From the IMG/VR virus record IMGVR_UViG_3300024269_000002: 64,000 nucleotides of DNA. The stretch is one strand, 5' to 3'. Position 1 is the first letter of the stretch; each line of letters opens with the position of its first letter. The notes beneath the pieces were generated by a model. It searched no databases and had not been told where the DNA came from. It was given only the letters and a program-made list of their open reading frames with translations. The stretch is from a virus (lineage: Duplodnaviria > Heunggongvirae > Uroviricota > Caudoviricetes). The translations under genes and the position numbers were made by a program. This document shows, one piece after another, positions 9,568 to 19,515 of this stretch.

Positions 9568-10058
9568 AATGTCCTGACGACCGGGAAATCGGATGCCGGC
9601 ATCTAACGGTGTATGAGTGGATTGATCCGTCACTCCAGGATAAACAACAATTTTTGCCATCTAGTTCCTGACAGGCTAGTGAGGATGTTGTCAGCATCCA
9701 AAAAGCGAGCAACTGCTTAATGAGAGCGCCGGACACCTCGCCCGTTGAGGAGGGAAATCCAGAACGCAAGGGCATGCGGAATGGTGCGGCAAGACTGTTG
9801 CCGATGGTTTGGAGTCAACTGCAGTGGCTCCCGACAACAGCAACTTGCCGTTAAACATTGTTAAACAAGAGGCACATATGAAATCAAAGAAAACGAAGTC
9901 ATACATCGTTACCTGTGAAGTCGATATGTGTGCCGAGCACGAAGTCGATGTTCCTGTAAGAGCAACAAAAGAGTCACTTGCATGTAAGAAAGCAAAAGAA
10001 GCTCTACTTAACAGTGGGTACTTCATTCAATCCCACGCAGATGTAAAGAGGTGATTGA

Positions 10059-10271
10059 ATGAAGTACACAAACAAGTGTGCTTATTGTTCTCGTAAAGCT
10101 GATACTAAGTGGCGTGGTGAACATTTCTGCAATGACTGCAAGAAGTTTATGCGTCGAAAGAAAATCAACAGCTTTATGGGAAAAGAGAGAATTGTTGGAG
10201 CATTTCCTGGCGTAAGTTGGGATCCGAAACCTCTTCCCATCTATAGAGACTTTCCTGTATATCTTAAATAA
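10059..10271 (+). CDS. Small Zn-finger protein
   Basis: CAYC...CNDC; GAGGTG RBS. Confidence 0.55.
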   Translation: MKYTNKCAYCSRKADTKWRGEHFCNDCKKFMRRKKINSFMGKERIVGAFPGVSWDPKPLPIYRDFPVYLK

Positions 10272-10448
10272 CATGTAATCAGGCCACATTGAAGGTAACT
10301 TGTTGCAGACATGATTCACTGAAGCATGTACTGTGTGCTTAAAAGTCCAGAATGACAAGCTAGTGGTGCAGTGACAGCCTTCACATAAATCATAGTTGAT
10401 ATTCTACATAGTTTCTATTAAAATATCAATGTAAAATAAATTAGATAT

Positions 10449-10539
10449 TGGGGTATCGCCAAGCGGTAAGGCACCAGACTTTGACTCTGGCACAAGGTGG
10501 AAACACTGAGCGCTGGTTCGAATCCAGCTACCCCAGCCA
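10449..10539 (+). tRNA. tRNA-Gln(TTG) with atypical long variable arm
   Basis: U1-A72, loop CT-TTG-AC, G73-CCA; 21-nt V region with GTG-GAAA-CAC hairpin. Confidence 0.9.
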
Positions 10540-10643
10540 AAGGGTTCATCAATCCCTCCTACAGAGACAAGCGTCATGACGAGGTATTGCACAGCAAAAA
10601 TTGATGATATAGTGACACAAGTGCACAATGTTGTCACATATAT

Positions 10644-10723
10644 GCTCCTGTAGTTCAAGAAGGTAGAACACCGGACTCGTTAATCCGGAGGGTTGCAGGT
10701 TCGAGGCCTGCTGGGAGCAACCA
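10644..10723 (+). tRNA. Atypical tRNA with 8-nt anticodon loop (CTCGTTAA)
   Basis: Full cloverleaf; CCGGA/TCCGG stem closes 8-nt loop; 3' end AACCA. Confidence 0.8.
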
Positions 10724-11177
10724 GTTGTTTTTTCACTGCTTTGAAACAATTAAGAGTCCCAATGGAGTGGGCCAAGGAACATCACAAGGAGTAGCTACCT
10801 TGTAGCTCTGTTCTACAAAGCACTTGGGCAGGTAGGGTTAGAATGCCAGATGTATTCGTTAGTCTCGAGGTAACGGAACATTCCTACTGGCTTGATATCC
10901 AGTTCTCGTAAGTTTATCCATAGCTTCGCAATAGTGGTGCGCGCTGTTATGCATATAGAGCCACTCGAAGAGGTACACAGGTTCTGAGACGTGAGTGTGA
11001 GAAACGAAGTAGACGAAGAACACAGGTAGATGCCTCCATGCAGTTGATCAGCCTAGACTGTATAAACAAATCCTTCACATCAAACGATATACTTGTATGT
11101 GGACTACAAGTCACTGTCCTGCGATGCTTACATGAAGGTCAGGACTGAGCATCTTTCGCAATATGTCCTGCTCATCT

Positions 11178-11253
11178 GATCCGTTAGCTCAGTTGGTAGA
11201 GCAACGCCCTTTTAAGGCGTGGGTCCAGGGTTCGAGTCCCTGACGGGTCACCA
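11178..11253 (+). tRNA. tRNA-Lys(TTT)
   Basis: Canonical cloverleaf, CCA. Confidence 0.97.
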
Positions 11254-11454
11254 ATGCTACTAGTACAAAAATAAATCTTTTTCCTTGCTTTACCAAGGAC
11301 AGGTTAGAAACCAGAAGACAGTATTCTCCCTCTAAAAGAGAGATTGTGGCTTACATCCACAGTAGCAAACCAAGCGGCTCAAAAGTTTGATAGTTGACTT
11401 TCCAAGGACTTGTGCTTGCATAGGACCTGTTTTTCGCAACTATCATTTTCATAT

Positions 11455-11531
11455 GCGGTAGTAGCTCAGTTGGCCAGAGCATCTGCCTTCCAAGCAGAGG
11501 GTCGCGAGTTCGAGTCTCGTCTACCGCTCCA
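11455..11531 (+). tRNA. tRNA-Gly(TCC)
   Basis: Canonical cloverleaf, U73-CCA. Confidence 0.97.
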
Positions 11532-11709
11532 TGCTCTATGGAGTATGCAACTTTAATCAAAAGAATTCAGTAATAGAGACTTCGGGCGCCGATGCGTACG
11601 ACGGCGCTTTATGTAAAGGTCATATTAGCAGGCTTAGAAGTGAGAAAAAGCTGAACGGCATTGATTCATTGGGGGTTGTGCATAGCTCCGCTTCATAGAG
11701 CAACCATAT

Positions 11710-11786
11710 CCAGATGTGGCTCAGTTTGGTAGAGCGCTTGCTTCGGGAGCAAGAGGCCGCAGGTTCAAATCCTGTCATCTGGACCA
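11710..11786 (+). tRNA. tRNA-Pro(CGG)
   Basis: Canonical cloverleaf, C1-G72. Confidence 0.97.
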
Positions 11787-11920
11787 GTCCTCACAATCTT
11801 GACGATGTATAATGGTGCTGAGTCGCGCTCAGTCTGTAGCATTCGTGACCAGTAAACTGGAACAGGTTAACAAGCATGCTGTTAACACAATGATTGTATT
11901 CTGTGAGAGGGCACCAAAAC

Positions 11921-12078
11921 ATGATTGAAGCAGTTATATCAGTTACTTCATATGATGAACAAAACCGCTGTCGAGAGACGTGAAGGTTCGAGTCCTTCCT
12001 TGCTTCGGATAGGAGTAAGTGGTGAAAGTGGTAGCCACGGTGGTCCAAGACATACTGATATTGCACATTCTCAATCAT
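11921..12078 (+). ncRNA. YrlA-like Y RNA, distal copy (Y0)
   Basis: ATGATTGA-AGCAGTT-ATATCAGT-TACTTC ... ACTGATAT-TGCACATTC-TCAATCAT scaffold enclosing permuted tRNA domain (V arm, T arm 11982-11998, loop-closed acceptor stem, D arm). Confidence 0.85.
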
Positions 12079-12084
12079 ACATAT

Positions 12085-12176
12085 AGGGGTGTCGCATAGT
12101 GGCGATTGCAGCGGTCTCCAAAACCGCCGAGTACTGATCATGCTCCACCTAGGTTCGAGTCCTAGCGCCCCTGCCA
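12085..12176 (+). tRNA. tRNA-Trp(CCA) with atypical long variable arm
   Basis: A1-U72, loop CT-CCA-AA, G73; extra hairpin GAGTA-CTGATCA-TGCTC. Confidence 0.9.
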
Positions 12177-12180
12177 GTTA

Positions 12181-12211
12181 GAACGGTAGCTTCGGTTACC
12201 GTTCATTTTTT
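12181..12211 (+). terminator. Intrinsic terminator
   Basis: GAACGGTAGC-TTCG-GTTACCGTTC then T-tract. Confidence 0.85.
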
Positions 12212-12484
12212 ATAGTTGATTAAACAACTGTTAGATTATATAATATGACTATAATAAATAAGCACATGGAGGGTATAATATGAAGTTTTCGTTCGAAGTG
12301 CATTACGTAGATCCTGAGAACCCTTGGAAGACTAAATTCAAGAAAATCAATGCCAACAACGAAGAAGCTGCAATCAAGAAGTTCAAGGTCAAGTATCCTG
12401 GACTTACCCCTCTGTTTGCACTCTAAGAACAAATTTTTGGGCGCCACCACTTGGCATAACAAATAAATACATGGAGGTACTGTT

Positions 12485-13195
12485 ATGGATTATATTGCTC
12501 TTGAGGATGTTCGTCGTGTTATTCTGAAGCTTGAAAGTGAGCCTGCTTATCAGCATGAAGGAGAAGACTTCGGTGTCGGTGTTGCCACTCTGTCTCAGGA
12601 GATTGAAGATCTTCCCAGAAAGCAGTTTAAGAAAGGTTACTGGAAGGGTAAGCAAATGCAGCGCTGGATCTATGCTGAATGTTCTGAATGTGGCACTGTT
12701 CATGATGTGCCCTCCAATTTCTGTCCTTCCTGTGGTGTGGAAATGGTGAGTAAGGAGCTCAAGATGGCTCCTGAAAACAAGATCAGATTCAACGGTATGG
12801 TTAACGGCTGTCCCGCTTTCATCGGCACGCAGGCTCTTGAATTCAACAAGGAGCGTGCTATCGAGAAGCGTCTGGACAACAACGAAGGAATCGCGTTCAT
12901 TCGTCTGGCAAATCTGGATGGGTTTGCAACTTATGGTATCGAGCAGACAAAGGATTATGATTTCGGTCATGGCCCTGGCTACATCTGGGCAAGCAGAGCA
13001 ACTGCTATGAATAAGATCTTCGATGTTTCTCTTATCGATGTTCTCTACAAAACTGAAAACAGCAGCACTTACAGCTGTTGCGCAATTGATCTTGTTCATC
13101 TGATGGAGCTCCTGGAAGATACTGAATACAGCGTCAATCCTGAGCGCAGAGTCGGTGGTGAAGACATCTACTACGATGTAAAGAAGAGGGGTTGA
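12485..13195 (+). CDS. Zn-ribbon-containing hypothetical protein
   Basis: GGAGG RBS; CSECG...FCPSCG. Confidence 0.75.
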   Translation: MDYIALEDVRRVILKLESEPAYQHEGEDFGVGVATLSQEIEDLPRKQFKKGYWKGKQMQRWIYAECSECGTVHDVPSNFCPSCGVEMVSKELKMAPENKIRFNGMVNGCPAFIGTQALEFNKERAIEKRLDNNEGIAFIRLANLDGFATYGIEQTKDYDFGHGPGYIWASRATAMNKIFDVSLIDVLYKTENSSTYSCCAIDLVHLMELLEDTEYSVNPERRVGGEDIYYDVKKRG

Positions 13196-13199
13196 GCAT

Positions 13200-13499
13200 A
13201 TGAAGGGTAAGAAATTTACTGCTGCAGAAAAGCACTTCCAAGAAAAGGAAGCAAAACTGCGAAAGGAAATGAACGACTGGAGAACAGTCGCTATCGAACG
13301 CGAAGAGGATATTGTGGAACTTGAGGAAGAGCTTAGACAAGCAAAAAGCACGATTGCACAGCAACAAGACTGGATTGAGCGACTGCTTCAGTATACGGAA
13401 CTGAGTCTTGATGATATTAAAGCTGCTTGTGAGAAGGATAAGGCAATGGCAGCATGTGCAGACCTCCTTCTGGGAGCAAGTAGATTCTTCAGAGTCTGA
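13200..13499 (+). CDS. Hypothetical coiled-coil protein
   Basis: ORF in operon. Confidence 0.7.
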   Translation: MKGKKFTAAEKHFQEKEAKLRKEMNDWRTVAIEREEDIVELEEELRQAKSTIAQQQDWIERLLQYTELSLDDIKAACEKDKAMAACADLLLGASRFFRV

Positions 13500-13516
13500 T
13501 AAAGGAGAACATTGTT

Positions 13517-13819
13517 ATGTACAAAGTACTCGATGTAAGAGAATACAACAAGATCGGTAAGTCATACTGGTATCATGGTTACGGAGGTAATGGTGGTGAG
13601 CTCAGTATTTCTCAGCACCTTCGTGTTGTAGTTATTGCTGAAGAGGTTGAAACTATGCAACGTGCTAGATTTGAGTTCTTCGATGCATATGTGTTTGAAT
13701 TCGGTGGTAAAGCACATTTCGGAGGCTACCTTGGTGACTTTGCACTTCTAGTTCCTGGAGATTACTTCGAGCTTCAAGACACTGTTGCTCAGAAGAGGGT
13801 AGTCATCTGTAATAGTTGA
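13517..13819 (+). CDS. Hypothetical protein
   Basis: AAGGAG RBS. Confidence 0.7.
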   Translation: MYKVLDVREYNKIGKSYWYHGYGGNGGELSISQHLRVVVIAEEVETMQRARFEFFDAYVFEFGGKAHFGGYLGDFALLVPGDYFELQDTVAQKRVVICNS

Positions 13820-14073
13820 TAAAACAACAGTTATCATATATAATCATAGTGTAAATAAGCACAAGGAGTTGAGTTCTTTATGAAAAGAACAAGCTGGGTA
13901 GTAGCAGTTCGAAGAGACGGTGCATGGAGTGAAATGGAGTACCTCTGCACTTATGCATGTTCTGCACAAGAAGCTGTTGACTGGGCTCGGTATGAACTCT
14001 GTGTGTATGAAGTTTGCACTTGTTTCAAGCAAGTAAACAACTGGACTTAAGAAGTTAGGGGGAGGCACTAACT

Positions 14074-14346
14074 ATGATTACTTTCCGTGAATGGCATCAG
14101 TTCAATTTTGTCGACAACAAGCTCATGGACAATTTTGGCGATATCTACATCAAGTTGTTCCGTAAGAAGTCTTTCAAGACTGAAGACCGATGTTTCTGTC
14201 AGCTGATGAGAGTGGATGACGCTCTGAAGCTCTTTGGAAACTACCCGTTAATGAAGATCAATTTCCACACTGAAATGAGAGAATCCAGCATAGAGTACAA
14301 AGCATTGTGCGCTCTTATCTGTATGGAGGATGATAACAATGGTTGA
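14074..14346 (+). CDS. Hypothetical protein
   Basis: GGAGG RBS. Confidence 0.65.
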   Translation: MITFREWHQFNFVDNKLMDNFGDIYIKLFRKKSFKTEDRCFCQLMRVDDALKLFGNYPLMKINFHTEMRESSIEYKALCALICMEDDNNG

Positions 14347-14680
14347 GGGTAAAGTTATCAAGTTCGGATACGGAACCGTTTGTGTCGGAAGCAACTATCA
14401 AGGTCAAGTTACATTTCGTTCTATCAGACCTCCTCAGGAGGTTGGCAGTGGCATTGTCTACAACAGAGACATCGAATTTTTCAATGACATGATTGGCATC
14501 GACATGCTGAAGAATTACCACTTGCTCAAGAGCCAGCTTGAAAATCTTCATAATCCTGCAATCATCGTCATCGATGGATACACTCTAGATTTTTCAAATT
14601 TCAATCGAAAGAGTGTCGAGGTTGTGCTGGATCATGCTTACAGTGCATACTACAACTATCTCAGACTCTGTGCATGTTGA
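14330..14680 (+). CDS. Hypothetical protein
   Basis: Overlap-coupled ORF; start may be 14339. Confidence 0.65.
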   Translation: MITMVEGKVIKFGYGTVCVGSNYQGQVTFRSIRPPQEVGSGIVYNRDIEFFNDMIGIDMLKNYHLLKSQLENLHNPAIIVIDGYTLDFSNFNRKSVEVVLDHAYSAYYNYLRLCAC

Positions 14681-14693
14681 GGAGGTAGCAACA

Positions 14694-15185
14694 ATGTTTG
14701 AAAAGGTTAACAAGCTTCTGGAAGAATACATAGGTGGTCAGATCTTTTTCACTGAGCTGGATAAGGCTGTAAAGTTCGATTCTTACATCCTTGGTCAGCT
14801 TGTGGCTGCCGTAAGAGGAGAATTTGGTGAGGATGTGTGTACCATCGCAAGTGGGGAAATCGGTCTGGCTATGCACAACATGGGAGTTCCCGTTGACTTC
14901 CTTGTTCCCGGCGGCCTGAGACACGATCCCTCAAAGATCAATCTGGAGCCTTTCAAAAAGAATATTGAGGGCAAGCGTTTCGTATTCATTGACGACTCTT
15001 ACTTCAGTGGAAGAACTGTACTGGTTGTTCGTGAAGAAATTGATCGTCTTGGTGGCATCTTCCTTGGTACATATGTTGCATATGATGGCTCCAAGAATAA
15101 GGAATGTGATGTTCATGCTCTCTACAGATACTACGATTATCATGATGTACTCGGCAGACCTTTGAATACTAAGGAGGGCAAGTAA
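14694..15185 (+). CDS. Type I phosphoribosyltransferase-like protein
   Basis: PRPP-binding loop FVFIDDSYFSGRT; GAGGAGG RBS. Confidence 0.75.
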   Translation: MFEKVNKLLEEYIGGQIFFTELDKAVKFDSYILGQLVAAVRGEFGEDVCTIASGEIGLAMHNMGVPVDFLVPGGLRHDPSKINLEPFKKNIEGKRFVFIDDSYFSGRTVLVVREEIDRLGGIFLGTYVAYDGSKNKECDVHALYRYYDYHDVLGRPLNTKEGK

Positions 15186-15493
15186 TGAGGAAGAGACTTG
15201 AGCGTTACATTCAGGAACGCAACTTCAATATTACTACAGAAGAACTCAAGGACATGACTCGAATTGGCATCTTCTATGGATTCAATAACTACTCGTGCAG
15301 TGTACAACATATTTTAGAATTAGCTGAAGCTGTAAGACAAGAGTATCCCAACATCGTCAACGATGATATGAACATCTGGTATGTTGAACGCTCGCAATCA
15401 ATTCGTCACGCAGGATATACAACTTTGTATGTTTCAATTCCTGTTGAAGATTTCATTCGACTCAGAATGAATCATGAAATTGGAATTCTGTAA
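15185..15493 (+). CDS. Hypothetical protein
   Basis: AAGGAGG RBS, TAATG coupling. Confidence 0.7.
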   Translation: MRKRLERYIQERNFNITTEELKDMTRIGIFYGFNNYSCSVQHILELAEAVRQEYPNIVNDDMNIWYVERSQSIRHAGYTTLYVSIPVEDFIRLRMNHEIGIL

Positions 15494-15511
15494 ACTGGAG
15501 GTAAAGTTAAT

Positions 15512-15877
15512 ATGGTGCACTTCTATACTGAACAGGAATATGGTTACTTTGCACATATCGATGATGTTGGTAATCTTGTAATCAGTTATCATGCCCCTCG
15601 TGAAGGTGGTGTTCTCTGGCATGGTCTGTACAAAGGAGAGAAAGACACTCCTTACATGGATGAAATTAAAAAAGACAATCCCAAGCTTTACAAGCGGATT
15701 GTGGAATACTTTGAACGTGGTCCGATGGAAACTCCTTACACAGCGGCAACAGTTGCTCAATGCTCTAACTTTACCAATATGGAAAAATTAGAGAGAATTT
15801 TCAAGATGCAGCGTCATTCTATTTACCAGAATCACATTGAGCTTTATCATGTATTAAGTGAGATGTTTGGAGGTTAA
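15512..15877 (+). CDS. Hypothetical protein
   Basis: GGAGG RBS. Confidence 0.7.
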   Translation: MVHFYTEQEYGYFAHIDDVGNLVISYHAPREGGVLWHGLYKGEKDTPYMDEIKKDNPKLYKRIVEYFERGPMETPYTAATVAQCSNFTNMEKLERIFKMQRHSIYQNHIELYHVLSEMFGG

Positions 15878-15878
15878 C

Positions 15879-16493
15879 ATGGAATCAATTCTTCTGAGTA
15901 TGAGACCTGAACGATGTGAGGAGATTGTTAAAGGAATAATCACGCTTGATATACGAAAGAAAGCTCCAAGAATTACAACTCCGTTCAAAGTCTACATATA
16001 CTGTACAAAGCCTCGGCGCGTAACTTCCGATATTGTAACAATAGGTCATGTTATCGGTGAGTTTACTTGTAAACATGTTAGTAGATTCCGACACATTCTT
16101 GGATCCGATTGGCGAGGCGGTATAAAGGATACTTATGCAATGTCTTGGGAAGACGTTGTCAAGACAGGTATGACTCGCTGGCAGTTGGCAAACTACGGAT
16201 GCGGTAAGACACTCTATGGCTACGAGATATCAGATCTTGAAATCTATGATACACCGTTAGAACTTTATAACTTCTATCTCGCGAAGGCTCCTGAAATGAG
16301 TGACCTTGAGGAAGAATTGTGCAGCTATTGTAGCGCAACTGAATACGGTGAACATCGGGAGTATCATACACCGAATGGCGTGTACATGTGTGAGGGAAGA
16401 CACTGCTCTGAAGCGTATGATGAATTCCTTGAGGAAAACTATCAAGTAGTACATGCTCCAAGAAGCTTCTATAAGGTAAAGGTGATTGAATGA
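15879..16493 (+). CDS. ASCH/PUA-like domain protein
   Basis: ILLSMRP......I..G..T.DIRK, VYIYCT, VIGEF. Confidence 0.65.
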   Translation: MESILLSMRPERCEEIVKGIITLDIRKKAPRITTPFKVYIYCTKPRRVTSDIVTIGHVIGEFTCKHVSRFRHILGSDWRGGIKDTYAMSWEDVVKTGMTRWQLANYGCGKTLYGYEISDLEIYDTPLELYNFYLAKAPEMSDLEEELCSYCSATEYGEHREYHTPNGVYMCEGRHCSEAYDEFLEENYQVVHAPRSFYKVKVIE

Positions 16494-16927
16494 CTGCGGA
16501 AAATACAATTCAATGGATGATGGATTTCTATCCAGACATCTACCCTACTAGAAAGCATTGCTTAAATCAACTATTCTGTGTTATCGGAAATGGTTACAAG
16601 TGGAAGAATGGCGAACTTGTTGACACTGATCCTGACGAGTTTGCATCAAGATATAAATTCAAGAAAAACATTCAACGAGCAGAAAGTAAACATGAAGAAC
16701 GCTGGGATGAGATGCGGTTGTGGCATGAGTCCTGGAGACAAGTTGATCCCACACATCAGATTCCATTTCAATACACGTTTGAATGGTATCCTGTGACAGA
16801 AGGATATTCCTATGTTGTGAACTTTCCTGAGGACATAACTCCAAGTTGGAAAGCTGCACTATTGGAGTGTAGAGAACTACTTGCTATTGACGGAGTTGTC
16901 GTAATACTTGAGGAGGTATCAACATGA
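16490..16927 (+). CDS. Hypothetical protein
   Basis: ATGA overlap. Confidence 0.7.
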   Translation: MTAENTIQWMMDFYPDIYPTRKHCLNQLFCVIGNGYKWKNGELVDTDPDEFASRYKFKKNIQRAESKHEERWDEMRLWHESWRQVDPTHQIPFQYTFEWYPVTEGYSYVVNFPEDITPSWKAALLECRELLAIDGVVVILEEVST

Positions 16928-17268
16928 CTGATCAAGAAGCGTTGAAAGTTATCAGCGGACATCCAAACAGCATTGATGAATTCACGCAAGCAGTTTTCAT
17001 AGCAGCGAAAAGATTGCAAGAATGTCAGTGGTATCCATATGATCCAGACACATTTGCGGATGTGTATCGTCCGAGTTTTGGAATGAAGATGATTCTTGGA
17101 ATTCGATATGATGATGGATCTTGTGGTTCAGTTGACGGACTTGTTGTCTATGATGTAATGAAACAATGGAAACTTGTAATCGCAAAAGACAGCCGAAGTC
17201 GATATACAGATACAGCTGTAATTGAAAAATTCATGAAATACCCACAGTACAATGAAAGCCAACTGTAG
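16924..17268 (+). CDS. Hypothetical protein
   Basis: GAGGAGG RBS, ATGA overlap. Confidence 0.7.
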   Translation: MTDQEALKVISGHPNSIDEFTQAVFIAAKRLQECQWYPYDPDTFADVYRPSFGMKMILGIRYDDGSCGSVDGLVVYDVMKQWKLVIAKDSRSRYTDTAVIEKFMKYPQYNESQL

Positions 17269-17345
17269 AAATATGGTTGGCTTTTTAGTTGATTATCTAA
17301 CTGTTATCATATATAATGTTAGTATAATAAATAACAGTTAAGGAA

Positions 17346-17717
17346 GTGCATCTTATGTTCAAGTTCGATACTTATGTTCCTGCTTCTGAGATTTGGCCTA
17401 CTGCTGAAGATCATATTGATCATGGTGTTGGAGATGGTGCATCGGAGATCGTTCGTGGCTACAATGTTGAAGTTCGTAAACTTTCTGATGGTTCCTTGCA
17501 TTGGTGGAGTTGTGAATACACTCTGGCGTGGACTCCTGAAGAGTGCTTCCTGGATCCATTCCATCAATACATGTGGAAAGACTACGGCGTCGAGCTCACT
17601 GGTAGAATCTGCTTCAGAGGTTACGGATTCGAGGAGTATGACTTTGAAGAACACGAACATGTTGTTCGTCCGATTACCGATGATCATGCTCTGAAGATCA
17701 TCAACAATGCAGCTTGA
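17346..17717 (+). CDS. Hypothetical protein
   Basis: Follows promoter at 17287; start may be ATG 17355. Confidence 0.65.
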   Translation: MHLMFKFDTYVPASEIWPTAEDHIDHGVGDGASEIVRGYNVEVRKLSDGSLHWWSCEYTLAWTPEECFLDPFHQYMWKDYGVELTGRICFRGYGFEEYDFEEHEHVVRPITDDHALKIINNAA

Positions 17718-17732
17718 GAGGAGATAACAGTT

Positions 17733-17933
17733 ATGTATGAAATGAACTTTGTTTGCAAGTGTATCAAAGCTTGTTGGGATTTTGATACAGTAGAAGGTAA
17801 CGTCTACCACGGTGTGGCCGTGTTTGACAAAGATGGGTCTGTCACATTTATCATTGAAGTGTACACCGAAAGTCCCATCAAGTGTGTTCAGGAGTGGTTT
17901 GAAAACTACTTTGAACTTATCCCTAATAACTGA
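17733..17933 (+). CDS. Hypothetical protein
   Basis: GAGGAG RBS. Confidence 0.6.
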   Translation: MYEMNFVCKCIKACWDFDTVEGNVYHGVAVFDKDGSVTFIIEVYTESPIKCVQEWFENYFELIPNN

Positions 17934-18362
17934 TTGGAGGCAATGAATATGAAGTGGAACATCTATGAGTATGCATCTGGTTGTATTGTTGCAACTGTTG
18001 AAGCTCGTACTGCACGAGAGGCTCTCCTGAAGTATCTGATGGAGCACGAGGAGCTCAATGATATGATGCTTTGGAAGAGCACTGATCGGCAGGATGGCTG
18101 GCGTCTTGCTGAATACGACAACGAGGACGAATTCCTCTATGCCAAAGCAAACTGGGAAGCAACAAATCTGTGGGATCTGTTTACTAAGCTTCCGATGGAA
18201 GCTGATATGAAGCTTGTGGATAGAACTGGTAAAATCCTGGCTGAAAGCTACGGATCTCTACACATTGATGACTTTGATGAAGCAAAGATTCTGAGTGTTC
18301 AGCTACCCGAAGAGGGCAGCGACATCTACACCGTAACTATCGAGATGGAGGAAAAAGAATGA
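17934..18362 (+). CDS. Hypothetical protein
   Basis: GGAGG RBS suggests a start slightly downstream (17943-17949). Confidence 0.65.
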   Translation: MEAMNMKWNIYEYASGCIVATVEARTAREALLKYLMEHEELNDMMLWKSTDRQDGWRLAEYDNEDEFLYAKANWEATNLWDLFTKLPMEADMKLVDRTGKILAESYGSLHIDDFDEAKILSVQLPEEGSDIYTVTIEMEEKE

Positions 18363-18736
18363 ACTACACTCTTGATAACATAACTGAGTGGACAGCAGAT
18401 CTGAGTACAAAGCATCCTGTTGTACAATACAGAGTCTACTGTTTACTGACTTCTGATAAGCTAAGACGAGAACACGAAAAAGAAATCCTTGAAGCTTGTG
18501 GTATCGAGGATCGTATTGGATCAAAGGAAGTTACAATCATTACAGATGAGCTTGCAGTTGTTTGCTATACTGACAACAAGAATCGGATATACTATATTCC
18601 GTATGCTGCTGGAAAGAAATCCTTTGAATGGTTCCCCAACTTCGAGTCTGCACTACTCGCTGCAGTGAGTCTTCAGCAAACAAGCGATACAGCGGCTGTG
18701 AAGTATGCTGCTAAAATCTTGGAGGTGCCTCTGTGA
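18359..18736 (+). CDS. Hypothetical protein
   Basis: ATGA overlap. Confidence 0.65.
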   Translation: MNYTLDNITEWTADLSTKHPVVQYRVYCLLTSDKLRREHEKEILEACGIEDRIGSKEVTIITDELAVVCYTDNKNRIYYIPYAAGKKSFEWFPNFESALLAAVSLQQTSDTAAVKYAAKILEVPL

Positions 18737-19275
18737 GAGCGTTGACTGTTTTACTCATGGCTCTTTACTGTTTGTATCACTCAACATGTATCAAAGGAAC
18801 ATCTGTGAAGCGGAACTTTGTCCGAGGAATATTTATTCTCACGTCATGGCTGTTGTTTACTCTTTCAGCTGTGCTGTGTATCATTGGAATTTGAAAGGAT
18901 TGAACACTATGAGCTATATCCGTACGGATGCTATGTTAGAAGAACTCTTAGGAGTGCCAGTTAACGTGCCGTTTGGTTGTGGTGGCAGTATATATCGTGT
19001 TACTAACTACAATAATCTTCAAGTTAAGATTACTACTACTGGTTGGAAAGAAGTTCACCCTGCAGAGGCCATCTCTGTTTACATCAACAAACATAACATT
19101 AAGATGATGGAGGACTATGTATGATCATTCGTAAAGGCTGGAGAAGACTTCGGTACAAGAACAATATCAAGATGTACTGTTATGAGGGCTGGTTTCTCCT
19201 CGGCATCATCCCTTTGTATGTGAAGAGAGTCACTGTATATACATAATGACATCAAACATGAGGAGATAACTAACA

Positions 19276-19470
19276 ATGGCTGTTAAACCTATTACAAATG
19301 ACACCGAGTTGCGATCTGCAACAATTCTACTGAATGTTAACGGACTTGCTATGTGCAACGATAAAACCGTTGATGAGGTTGTTCAGCATTTCTGTGAAGC
19401 AAAGGATCTTTTGATTGAGATCTACAAGTACAATACAACGCGTATTGTAGGTAGTGAAGATAATAAATAA
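19276..19470 (+). CDS. Hypothetical protein
   Basis: GAGGAG RBS. Confidence 0.6.
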   Translation: MAVKPITNDTELRSATILLNVNGLAMCNDKTVDEVVQHFCEAKDLLIEIYKYNTTRIVGSEDNK

Positions 19471-19515
19471 CGCGCACAACCGATTGTGCAAGGATGTGCA
19501 TAGGAGATAACCTTC

